The position numbers and the translations under genes are program-made. From Mesotaenium endlicherianum (taxonomy: Eukaryota), in assembly GCA_009602735.1 (NCBI GenBank), contig WELA01001243.1:1-64000 (forward strand): DNA of 64,000 bases, in the 5' to 3' direction. A model generated the notes under the pieces. That model had not been told where the DNA came from. It saw only the letters and a program-made list of their open reading frames with translations, and ran no database searches. The stretch's first letter is position 1. Every line of letters starts with the position of its first letter. Positions 43,935-55,135 of the stretch are shown piece by piece.

Positions 43935-44441
43935 GCTGTCGCGGCTACTATCCGTTTGACGGTGCCGCACGCGCAGCGCAAGCTACGGCCACCCAGGTTC
44001 GGAAAGTCAACGTTGACTCACCGACCACTTGACTGATTACGTCGCAGTCAGCGGTTATGTCGGCGTCAAGACCACTGGCAAGGGGTCAATGTCAATGTGC
44101 CCCACACCCGGGGATGGGGGAGGTTTTGACAACATAGACAGCCGCGAGGCTAGAAGCTGGGGATCAGTGATGAGCCGCCCAGCAGGTACCAAGTCAGGTA
44201 CTATGTGACTGGCAGATTAAGCCAGGTCATGGCCGCAATGCCAAGATAGGTTACGGCCGCCCGGTTGGGAATCTTGAGCAAGTGGCATTTGCTTGTACAC
44301 GCCGCTCAGGAGTTCTTAGCCATGAGCCAATTAGGCGTGACTGCCAGCTGAGAAGCTAAGCAGCCACGCGCGGCAGTCACGAGGTGTGCATGCATGCCAA
44401 GTGACTACGAGTTTGAGTTGGGCATGGCTAGGCAGAAGCGA

Positions 44442-45160
44442 TGTAATGAATCAGTATATTGGTTGATATAATATTCATTTAAATATAACAGTTAAATAAG
44501 TTCAGCCTGCTGAACTCTAGTTAAGAATCAGTCTGCTGGACTTTATATTTAATATCAGTTTAATGACTCAGCCGAAAGCAGCAGGCTGAAGTCAGCTTAA
44601 GCCAGCTTGCTGACACATTCTTTGACAGCCAGCTGACTTCCGTACTCGGTAGCAGCGAACTGCCTCGATATGCATCTAAGTGTGGTATGCTAGATGAATG
44701 GCCACATGACATCCCTATGATGGATGGCGATTTGGGATGATGGGAGATGGCGGTGGATTTGGTTAACCGAGGTCCTACCAACGTGGTTAACTCTCGGGTA
44801 GGCGGTGCCATCGCACTGGCCGTTGAACAGTAAACTCATTCCATGTACATATGCTAGGCATTGCTCTCGAGTTCGGCATTTGGAAACGAGGCCAACTCTC
44901 TTGTACAGCTAACTGAGAGAGAACTGAATCCAAGGCGAGAAGCCATTGATACGCACTGTCTTCTAACCTTGCTTATGTATGAGTTTACCGATTGCATTAT
45001 TGATGCTAGTTTACTCGCATTTGATTTACGAGTATTGTTCACTGCTAGTGTGTTGTCCTTTGCCGTTTAATCAGTTAACGGAAATACCATAAAGATTACT
45101 TGCTGATATAAAGATCTTTATTAATTGTAAATCGTCTATTTGGTAAGTCGATTCATTTCA
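44442..45160 (+). mobile_element. Solo LTR of family A
   Basis: TGTAATGAA...TTCATTTCA flanked by the 5-bp TSD AGCGA (44437-44441, 45161-45165). Confidence 0.96.
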
Positions 45161-46035
45161 AGCGACATGCAGCTAAGCTTTGTGACTAAGCACGGCATTC
45201 TCGAAAGATGACGTTGCGTGGTGCCTGCGGAAGGCACGAATCTTGCCTGAGACATGTCATTCACTCTCACGCACTTTTGCCAAGAAGCAGAAGGAGCAGA
45301 AGGAGAAGAAGGAAGGAGAAGAAGGGCGCGAAGAAGAAGAAGGAGTTCCCAAGGTCATTGGAGAGCCGAGGCCCCACGCTTCTGCCGACGCTGAAGATTC
45401 TTCTCAGTGTATCATAGATAAGTCAGGATTGTAGGAGTTCCCAAGAGGGAATCTCACTGTTGAAAGCAGGAGAACTGCAGAATAGAATCTGCTAAAAGAT
45501 TAGCACAGATTCGGCCGAACGCCACAAGTGTGTGAAGTAGCCTTAAAATGGTGAGTTGTGTGTTAGTTTCCAAGTTCTCAAAAGTCGCATTCGCATCTCG
45601 AAGACAGAAGAGTAGTATTGGCAGATAAAGCCCTTGGTGAAGAACTGAGTGAGCCTAGCCTGGCAGTGAAGAGCTGTTAAGGCGCGGTGTTAAGTGAAGA
45701 GCTTGACCCAAGCCAGCATAGACGTGTAGTTTCAGAGCTTTGTAAGCTGTGACTGTGAAAGTTAAGCGAAAGCTTGAAGGGCAATTTTCTCTGAATCAGA
45801 CGTTGTATGTCAAGCTGCTTAGAGTGTGATTTCTGCAAACTACAATTTGCTCGCCTGTGAACCCAAAAACCTTTGGGCATAAAACTTATGTGGAAGTAAC
45901 AGACTTCCGTCCTACTCCTGAGAACTTAGGTTCTGTGGTTCAAGTGAATAGAAATTCAAAGCAAATTGGGGATTGAGGCTTGTGAGGGCTGCCGGTGCTC
46001 AACCTGGAAGGGGACTCGGAGAAATTTAACTGTAC

Positions 46036-48560
46036 ATGCAGTTGAGGAGTGGAAGACTCTACTACCCTGTGGAGCCTATGGAAGGTTCTGATTCAAGCCA
46101 GAGTCCACGAGGAAGTGAGACATTTCAGCGCACGGATAACCTGTGGAGTGAGCAACCGTCGGAAGACGAGTCTCGCCATACTGCCACGAACGGTGAGAAT
46201 ACGTATAATGCGCAAGCTTTTGTACCCAATTTGGGCAGAGAGCACGACGTGTGGGGTAAAGTCAGTGAGTCTTGGTCGCCATTCGAAATGACTGGTGTTG
46301 ATAAAGATGAAAATCCTAAGTTCAAGCTGTCTACAAAGTGTTTTAGTGGACGAACCGGTGGAAATAGTCTCACTTTCGAAAAGTTTGATGAGATCTATTG
46401 GGCTGATTTCTTTGAGAGAATCCAAAAGGATTCTTCTTACACTCAATCAGTTGCTTTTATCAGCTTGGTTCAGTATTTGGACAAGGATGCCTTGTTGCTT
46501 TTTCGCCAATTCCGGAAGGATGAGAACTTTACCCAGGAATGGGCGTTTGACGAGCAAAAGAAGGCAGGGGATTTAAAAATCCAGAAAGAGGCTGCGAAAG
46601 CCCGCCTGTCCGCTTTGTCATCAGGAAGAGCGATACCTGCGGCACCTGTTGAGAGTGTAGACTTAGCTGCACTAACACAAGAATTAACCGATGCCATGAG
46701 GCAACTCACCGAGGGTCAGCAGCGAGCGGCTACTCGAGATGATGAATCTGGATCTGTCGCAGAATTGCGTAAAGTGTGTGCAGAATTGTCTGAAAAGATT
46801 GCTAATGCTCAGGAACGAGTAACGTGCAGGGCTGCACCTTTACAGGCCAGCATGGTGATAGTGCCACCACGGAAGCAAGCCATGCGCAAGCGTTGGCTAG
46901 TTGCCGTAGGGATATGGAGGCTGGGGATGACCAGTTAGACTCTGAGCACTGTCTGCGTCGTTTCTTTAAGTTGCTTGAAGCAAAATTCCTAGAGGATCGC
47001 AGTCTTAAGGAGCATCGTTATGTGCATTTTATCCGTCAGAAGAACGAGACAGTGATGGAGGTCAAATCCAGATTGGTAGACCTTGCCAAGAAGGCAAGAA
47101 TCTATGAGCCTAGGATTGTGGCTGACAAATTCTTATTGTGCCTGGGTAAAGACACAGATCGGGAGGTCAGGCCGCACCTATCTGCGAAACGCGGAATCGA
47201 CTGGAACATCGACGAGGCTCCTGAAAAAGCACGCAATGTCGAGGAAGGTAAAGTCTGGTACAAGGAGGCGTCCACGACGCTTATGGCTCCTGAGAGAAGG
47301 GAGGAATCCTTTCAACCTAAGGCCAATAGCTCTAATTTTCAATTTAAAAGGAAGAGCGGATCTTTCAATAGGTTTGCTAAGCAAGCCAACACTGCTGAGA
47401 CAGCAGAGGGCTGTTGGAATTGCGGGAAATCGGGACATCAGAAGAGAGATTGTCCGTACCCGGATGCTAAGCAATTGTCTGCTAGCAAGGCGCAGGTATG
47501 CGCATATTGCAGCAAGAAGGGACATTCAGAAGATGAGCGTTGGTCTAAGAACCCAAATCTGAAGCCACCATGGGCTAATGTTGCCACGAAAGAGGCAGAT
47601 AAGGGTAAGAGAAAGGAGAAAGATAACTCTGGTAACCGAAAGGGTAACCAGAAGTATGATGCTATGAGTGCAGAGATTGCAGAGTTGAAAGCTCAAATTG
47701 CAAGACTAAATGTGCTTAATGTCTATTATGATGCAGATGTGGCCGAAAAGACCGTCTGCAAAGGCGAGAAGCTGACGCTTGAGAAGGCCGTGGCTGCAAC
47801 GGCTGCGGAGCGCGTAGATCATGACCGTCTGGTTCCAAGGAATGCTGGGAAGCTTCCTCAGACCTTTCAGATCACTCTCGATGAGAACGAGATTGCGCAG
47901 CTACGACAAGCCAAGCCTGGGCCACGCAAGACATTTAGTTTTTCGCTGGAGAAGCTGAAGGCTCTGGTGGAACACCGGATTCAGCACATTCCTTGCCTTT
48001 CACTCGTTGATCTGCATCTTACGTATCCTTTCACGGTTGAAGAAGCCGGACAGCAGCTGGACATAGCTGAGAAAGGCGCAAACAGCGCTTCGTTGCCTAC
48101 TAATTTCAACACTGTGAGAGTGCAGAACAAGGATAGAGTCTTGACGTTCAACGACTGGGCCGCTCCCAATATCCTATTGGACACTGGCGCACAGCCAATA
48201 ATCTTGGGAAAGCAAGCTGTGAAAGCTCTGGGATTGACGGCAAGGGACCTGAAAGAAAGTCCTTTTCAGTTGAGGACTGCATCTGGGCAGTTTTAAAAGT
48301 CTTGTGGAATTACCCGCAAGCCTGTGAAAATCACAGTAAACTTGGAGATACCTGAGGAGGCGTCCCTGCTCATAGAATGCACGGTGACAGAGGCAGAGAA
48401 CTATGATGTTCTCTTGGTGACAGAAGCTCTGATTCCCCTGGGTATGGTCATCGACCTGCGGAAGCAGAGTGTGACTTACCAGTCAACAGATCGGCAGCCG
48501 ACAGGAGAAATTCCTGTAAAAATGGTTTGCTCGGGAGAGGCGAACTACGGACTGCTAGAC
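46036..48560 (+). pseudogene. gag: Family B gag-protease region (one frameshift near 46.8-46.9 kb, in-frame stop at 48294-48296)
   Basis: MQLRSGR start; QKNETV; zinc knuckles CWNCGKSGHQKRDC and CAYCSKKGHSEDER; protease ILLDTGAQ..YDVLL. ORFs 46824 and 48324 share a frame across one TAA. Confidence 0.85.
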
Positions 48561-48827
48561 TGTTGTGTGAATGACCGGTATCAAGACCATTATGACCTCA
48601 TCATGCAACGCGAAGAGGAGGGCTACACCAGCGTCAACATGCCGACTCCCTTGGTTTGGCAACCTCGAATTATAGAGCAATTGGAAGCTGTGAGTAACAG
48701 GGACCGTGGCCCGCAAGAGCTGCTGCCAGTTCCTTATCCAGTTAAGACTGCTGCCAATTTGATGCCTGGAGTAGACCCGCTGCCGCAAGGCATTGTGAGG
48801 ATGGAAGATCCTTTTCGCAGGAGAGAA

Positions 48828-49790
48828 GTAGTAGTGCTGGAATTGTTTGCCGGACTTGGTTCTGGAACCATCGCACTGATTCAGCGAGGTATCCGGGTAT
48901 CCAAAGTGCTGTATGTGGACAATGATGAAAGTGCGTTCACAGCATTTAAGGAGGTCATGAGTCAGATGCGGCAAATGCATCATTTCAAGGCGCCGGTGCC
49001 TACTGACTCTAGTTTGGTGCGTCTTGCTGGAGGAAACATTCTCGATGTGAACTCTGAGGACCTGTATGGTTACAGGATTGACTGGATCTTTGCGGGATTC
49101 CCTTGTCAACCTTTCTCGCAAGCTGGGAACAGGAGGGGATTCAATGACCCGCGAGCACAACACTGGAGATGGATGGTGAAAATCATCAGCATGCTGCGGG
49201 AACGCCAGCATCTCTACCCACCAGTGTTTGTGATTGAGAATGTACATCCAAGTATGGATTACAACCAAATGAAGCCAGGAGATCCATGGCTGGTCTTTGA
49301 CTCCACCCTTGGACATCATGTATTGATCAACGATGCCAGGCACGGAGGACTCTCACACCGGGCCAGACTATCTGGACCAACGGGATGTCCATTGAAATCC
49401 TGAGGGAGATGGAGGAGATCACGCGGTGCTCACCAACAGCAGTATCTGTGGGAGAAGCACTGAAAGTGGACACCAAGCCAGTGATTAGGAGGGATTCCTA
49501 CACACAGTACGTCGTCAACGAGCCAGGCCGGCCAAGGGTGGTGCTGCCCACCTTCACGGCATACCCAAGATCACGCGCATTCATAAATGGAGGACCAAGA
49601 ATGGTTAAGAATGCGCACGACAGAGAAGCTCAGTGGAGAGAGCCGACAACTGAAGAGAAGGGAAGGTGCTTGGGGGTACCCAACTCCATTGCACAAGAAA
49701 TTGGTGCGATGGTGGGACAGGACGACGCTGGGAAGATATTCGGCAATATGATTGGGCATCACTCCATGACGTGGTTGGTGGAGACAATTA
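48828..49790 (+). pseudogene. C5 DNA cytosine methyltransferase domain (DNMT3/DRM-like motifs) within the family B polyprotein; 1-nt frameshift at ~49371
   Basis: Motif I VLELFAGLG; II YVDND; III GNILDV; IV FAGFPCQPFSQAG; V GFNDPR; VI FVIENV; VIII DARHGGLSHRARLxWTN; IX EPTTEEKGRCLGVP; X IFGN. Confidence 0.92.
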
Positions 49791-49839
49791 TAACTTGGCA
49801 GCAGATGACATTCTCTGACAAGCCTATGCCCAGGCCGAG

Positions 49840-50342
49840 TGTAGTGAAACAGATAGATAAAGTACTTAGTAAAACAGAATACTTTATCTATTCAAGACAA
49901 GGATCTTTGAACACAAGTGGTAGCTTCTTGAAAGAGAGATGGCTTCTTGAAAGTTAATATATTTCTGGATTTTGGCAAGTACAAGAGTGATTCTGGAATG
50001 TCTTTCTATGTTCTAGCTCTTGTTTATATACTTGCTACATAAGTAATTTCTAGGAAGGTGTATGTTGATGTGTTGGCACCCAACACATCCCAAAACTTGC
50101 CACCTCTTTCTAGAATAATGTACACATGTCCTTTTGACCTAAAAATGGCACATCTGACTTTTGCCACATGGAGTTCTTCTAGGTCTTTCCTCTAACTTCG
50201 AAAATGCCTTGGAAGGTACAAAGGACATGAACCAAGTTACTAGAATACCTATTCACACTTGACTCCACACAATACCACTCCAAATATATTTGAAAACATT
50301 AAAATATATGCATACTAATATATAATAACTCAAATCACTACA
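49840..50342. mobile_element. 503-bp solo LTR of a third family
   Basis: AT-rich block with terminal inverted repeats TGTAGTGA / TCACTACA and 5-bp TSD CCGAG (49835-49839, 50343-50347). Excision restores the host reading frame. Confidence 0.88.
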
Positions 50343-50347
50343 CCGAG

Positions 50348-52130
50348 ACCAGTTACGATTGGAGTCCATGTAGTGCCAATCTCCGATCGGAGAGCTATCA
50401 GGGAAGCGCATCAGCGACAAGAAGAATATGGTGTTGAAAGGGACGTAGCTGAGGCTGACCAAGGTGAAGCACTCAGAGAAACCAGAGTTGCGGAGCTGAC
50501 CAGGTGTCAAGACCTACTGGCGCGAATTGACAATCGGATGGCGGCTCTACACGACCCTCTGGAAAGAGAGCTGCGAAGGCAGCGAGAAGACGTAGCCATG
50601 GAAGACCAGGCAACTAGTGAAGCAAACCCTTTGGCGAGCGCTGCAGCAAGCAAATCACAGGAGGTCCCATTATCTGCAGAACGCGCCAGCCAAATATTTG
50701 TAAGGATGCCGAAATGGGAGGAAGAGACCACTTCTGAGTTACGGAACATGGCCCAAGACCAGGTCTTCGGAGGCTCATCCCCACACGCGGCAACGTCAAG
50801 GTATGAAGGACGCCAGTGCAATATTGGCAAATGGGCTGAAGAATGCAGTCAGAATTCAGGAAATTCTGGAGAGTCTGGAAAGACCATTTGCCTGAAGGTG
50901 ATCTTTGAAGAACGCAGGAAGGAGACGGTTGAGATTGCCCGCCACACCTGTTCTGATGAGCCCAGAGCTAGAGGCCAAAGGGCAACCACAAGACACAGTT
51001 GGCAGCACAGCTGAGTCAATCACCAGGCAAATCATGGAGCAGTTGCTGGAAGCAGACGCCCCTCGACTCAAGGAAGAGAAAGTGGCAAAAGCAGCTCGCG
51101 CTCTACTGTCAGCCATCATCAACATGGCGAGGCTCAACACAGGTTGGGATGAAGAATCGCCGCCTCTTATAACAGAGAAGCCGGAGGAGGGAGAGGATGC
51201 AAAGATGCAAGGCCTCTCAGAGTTTGAGTTGCCATCACTCAATAATGGAGGGGACTTTAGGGAAGAAATTCCACGTTTTCCCACGCCAGCGTTGGATCTG
51301 CTTGACTTGCAGGAGCTGAGGACAGACGACTGGGTAGCTGACCACCTGATGGGGCCAAGCCCGGCAGACCCTTATGAAGAACTAAGGTCACCAACATCCA
51401 GTACCCCTACTGCCAGTCTTTCAGTGGCAGAGCCCAAGTCAATCGCACGACCGCCGAATCGGCAGGAGGTGACTGCCTGCAGTGCTAAAGTGGAGACGGC
51501 GCAAGGTAAGCCCAAGGGTCGCGCAAGCAGACCAAGGAAGGTGGCCCGTGAGGGTAACGCATCTTTTAGGAGGATGCTAAAGCGACATTTCAAGCATAAG
51601 GGGAAGGCTCAGAGAGAGGGCCTTCCGCGAGGAACCACAGCCCCACCTCCTCCGCCTCTGCGGGATATTTTGCAGAGAGAGGGAGAGGACGGCTTGATTC
51701 GCAGGGCAATGGCATTGGGCATTAGTGTGCCGCCAGGCATTAACATGCCCTTGTTGCAACTATCAAATCTTAGGATGCAAAGGCTGGAGGCACCTGCTCC
51801 CATGATACATGCAATTCCAGAATGGAAACTGGTGGATCTGGGAAACACCATCAGCCGCTTGACCGCAGCAGATGATGCTTTCCTCGCACAACTAGCGGCA
51901 CCTCAAAGGCCGCAAACGTTGGCACAGGCATGGATGGTCACACCACCCGCGAGGGAGGAGTATAGTACGACCGTCGCCCGCATGGCTATTATTGAGCAAA
52001 AGTGGGGCTGGGTAATCAGCCCTAGGACAGATCATGCAGGTTGGCCAGTGGCAAACCAGCCACGGCCACGTGACGAAGAAGGAACCGGGACCAATTGGAC
52101 GGCAGTCGACGAGGAAATGTTCTTGAGGCA
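50348..52130 (+). pseudogene. Unknown ~590-aa segment of the family B polyprotein between MTase and RT (one frameshift near 50.9-51.0 kb)
   Basis: In frame with the MTase C-terminus once the solo LTR is removed; ORFs 50373-51014 and 50905-52155; no motif recognised. Confidence 0.6.
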
Positions 52131-52910
52131 ACCCAGTCTGACTTGGGCCGCATAAGCTCAGTCAGACAGAGTGGGAGTGTGTGGAGAAAACTTGCGAAGA
52201 GCTGCATAAGCTCCGCACGATTGAAAAATCTACCTCAGTGAAAACAGAAGATCGAGGTAAGACAGCCTTCTGGGCTCAAAGGGAACATTGGCAATGAACA
52301 GTAATGCCATTTGGGCTGAAAAATGCCCCAGCCATATTTTAGAGGACTATGGATAAAGTGCTGGAGGGGCTGGATTTTGCTAAGCCATACATTGACGATG
52401 TGGTAGTATTCAGCAAGTCCATAGAGGAGCACCTCGAGCACTTGGAACAAGTGTTCCAGCGTTTGGAGAAATTCCACATGAAGCTGCATCCTGGGAAGTG
52501 CAGATTCTTTGAGGCACACGTGCCTTACCTAGGACATGAGATTGGGAATAATGCTATGTCCCCTCAGGCTGTGAAGACTGAGGCTATTTACAAGATACCT
52601 GCACCTGCAAATATGTCTAAGCTGAAAGCTCTGTTAGGCCTAAGCGGATACTATCGTAAGTTTGTAAAGGATTATAGCAGAATTGCTAAACCCCTGACGG
52701 AAGTCCTTAAAAAGGATGTGCTTTTTGTGTGGACAGAAGCTCAGGAGAAAGCCATGAACGAGCTTAAGGAGCGGCTGGTAACAGCCCTAGTCTTGCAAAC
52801 GTTTGACTACTCCAAGCCGTTCAATCTGCACACCGACTGGAGTCGTGTGGGAATTGGCGCAGTACTCACTCAGGCCGCAAGCCCTAGAGAGGAGTATGTC
52901 ATTGCCTATG
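52130..52910 (+). pseudogene. pol: Family B reverse transcriptase / RNase H N-part, with stops and an internal deletion
   Basis: PHKLSQTE..IEKSTS|VKTEDRGKTAFW..MPFGLKNAP..YIDD..GLSGYYRKF..HTDWS..EYVIAY. Confidence 0.9.
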
Positions 52911-53622
52911 TGTAATGAATCAGTATATTAGTGGATATAATATTCATTTAAATATAATAGTTAATTAAGTTCAGCCTGCTAAACTTCAGTCAATAGTCAG
53001 TCTGCTGGACTTTACCTAATTATCAGTTTAATGACTCAGCCAGAAGCAGCAGGCTGAAGTCCATATAAGTCAGCTTGCTGACCCATTCTTTGACAGCCAG
53101 CTGACTTCCGTACTCGGTAGCAGCAAACTGCCTTGACATACACCTAAGCACGATATGCTAGATGAATGGCCAGATGACATCCCTATGATGGATGGCGATT
53201 CGGGATGATGGGAGATGGCGGTGGATTTGGTTAACCGAGGTCCTACCAACGTGGTTAACTCCCGGGTAGGCAGTGCCATCGCACTGACCGTTGAACAGTA
53301 AACTCATTCCATGTACATATGCTAGGCATTGCTCTCGAGTTCGGCATTCGGAAACGAGGCCAACTCTCTTGTACAGCTTACTGAGAGAGATCTGAATCCA
53401 AGGCGAGAAGCCATTGATACGCACTGTCTTCTAACATTGCTTATGTATGAGTTTACTGATTTGCATCATTGATGCTAGTTTACTCTCATTTGACTTACGA
53501 GTATTATTCCCTGCTAGTGTATTGTCCTTTGCCGTTTAACCAGTTATACCATAAAGATTACTTGCTGATATAAAGATATTTTTTAATTGTTAATCGCCTA
53601 TTTGGTAAGTCGATTCATTTCA
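52911..53622 (+). repeat. Family A 5' LTR
   Basis: TGTAATGAA...TTCATTTCA followed by the PBS. Confidence 0.95.
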
Positions 53623-53656
53623 GTGGTATCGAAGCAGTTTTCACAGTCTTCTTTGC

Positions 53657-55135
53657 ATGGTAAGAACAAGGTCTCAAACTAGCAACTCCCGAGACATGGA
53701 GAACCAGGATAACGAGAATGTCAAAAACCAGGCGGAAAGCCATGTAGCGGGAACCCGTACCTATTCTGAAGCAGTAGCCGATACTGCAGCTAGGGAGGCT
53801 GCAGATGAGGCAGCGGCTATTACCGCAGTCGCAGCTCAGCAAGCTGAGGAGGAGATAGCCAGACTAGAAGCTGAACAAGTAGCAAAGGCCGCTGAATATA
53901 TACAAAGGAGGGAAGGACAGCCAGCTGACGAGCGCACTGTTGAAGAACTTATGGCATCAAGGGCCAATGTTCTGAACCCACCTCCTGCCGTACAACTCAA
54001 TGTACCCCTAGGTCAAATACGTGACCGGCTGAATGCGGCAGGAATTGCTGCTGCAGGAGCAAGAGGGATTGTTGAGGACACTACTCAGCGAGTAGATGCC
54101 AATGCTGCTGCTGCATTTGCTAATCTACCACCCCAAAATGTAGACTTGGGAGCATTGTTCGTTCAGATGCAGTCGCAAATGGCGACCATGTATCAGTCCC
54201 AGCAGGAGGACAAAAGAATCATAATGTCCCTACTCCGGGACAGAGACCAACTGGGGTCTCACACCACTAGTGGTGGTGGCCGAGGGCCTAGTAAGCCCAA
54301 GCCGAAACCTCCCCAGGACTATGATCCTGAGGGAAACAGAAAATATTACCTGATCAAGTTTCTCGCGGATGTTGAGCAGTGGCTGGAGAACTACCCAGAA
54401 CTGCAAGATTACGAGAAGGTCAGGCACACCGGTGCGCTACTGAAAGGCAGTGCCGCAGACTGGTGGCTTTACTGGAGGGAAGAGCGTAAGGCTCGGGAAC
54501 TCGGTGACCCTACGTGGGTAGAGTTTGTCGAGAAGTTGCATGAGAAGTTTGATGTCATCAACCAGCAGGAGAAAGCTATCTATGCGATGATCTCCCTGAC
54601 ACTGAAGCAGACCACTTCAGTTGCTGAGTTTGCTCAAAAGTTCCAAGAGAACATGATGAAGCAGCCTGATTTGCCAGAACGGTATAGGATAGCATACTTC
54701 AGGTATGGCTTGAAATCCGAGGTCTCTGGTCATTTTGCTGAGAAAAAGTATGAGAAACTGGCTGACTTGATCCAGGATGCTGACGCCTGGGATCAGCAGC
54801 AGTTCAATCACAAGCGCCAGAGTAACGCTTTGGTGTCTAAGATTGTCAAAAAGCCCCACGGTTCCTACAATGCAGTTGAAGGAGACCAGGCTGAGGATAA
54901 TCAGGGTGATGAATATGAGTATGAGTACAATGCTATTCAGTCTAGAGGTAGAGGTGGTCCCTCTCGAGGTGGCTATGGAAGGGGTGGTGGTAGGACTAAG
55001 CCGAGACCAGCCTCAGCAAAATCTACTTGCTACCATTGTCAGCAGAAAGGCCACTACAGAGAACAGTGTCCGGTCAAGCACCTGCCTAAGGTCGAGAGAA
55101 AAGACCAGCCTTTAAAAGACAGCAACAGTCAGTAA
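53657..55135 (+). CDS. gag: Gag (intact, 492 aa)
   Basis: Near-identical to 7507-8985; CCHC knuckle. Confidence 0.93.
   Translation: MVRTRSQTSNSRDMENQDNENVKNQAESHVAGTRTYSEAVADTAAREAADEAAAITAVAAQQAEEEIARLEAEQVAKAAEYIQRREGQPADERTVEELMASRANVLNPPPAVQLNVPLGQIRDRLNAAGIAAAGARGIVEDTTQRVDANAAAAFANLPPQNVDLGALFVQMQSQMATMYQSQQEDKRIIMSLLRDRDQLGSHTTSGGGRGPSKPKPKPPQDYDPEGNRKYYLIKFLADVEQWLENYPELQDYEKVRHTGALLKGSAADWWLYWREERKARELGDPTWVEFVEKLHEKFDVINQQEKAIYAMISLTLKQTTSVAEFAQKFQENMMKQPDLPERYRIAYFRYGLKSEVSGHFAEKKYEKLADLIQDADAWDQQQFNHKRQSNALVSKIVKKPHGSYNAVEGDQAEDNQGDEYEYEYNAIQSRGRGGPSRGGYGRGGGRTKPRPASAKSTCYHCQQKGHYREQCPVKHLPKVERKDQPLKDSNSQ

Noticed and set aside
48828..49790. Bacterial restriction-modification methylase or contamination
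   Set aside because: The domain is embedded in frame in a gypsy polyprotein with nested eukaryotic LTR insertions, and there is no endonuclease or operon context.
49840..50342. CACTA DNA transposon interpretation of the insertion (ends in CACTACA)
   Set aside because: The termini are TG...CA with a 5-bp TSD, not 5'-CACTA...TAGTG-3' with a 3-bp TSD; a solo LTR fits better.
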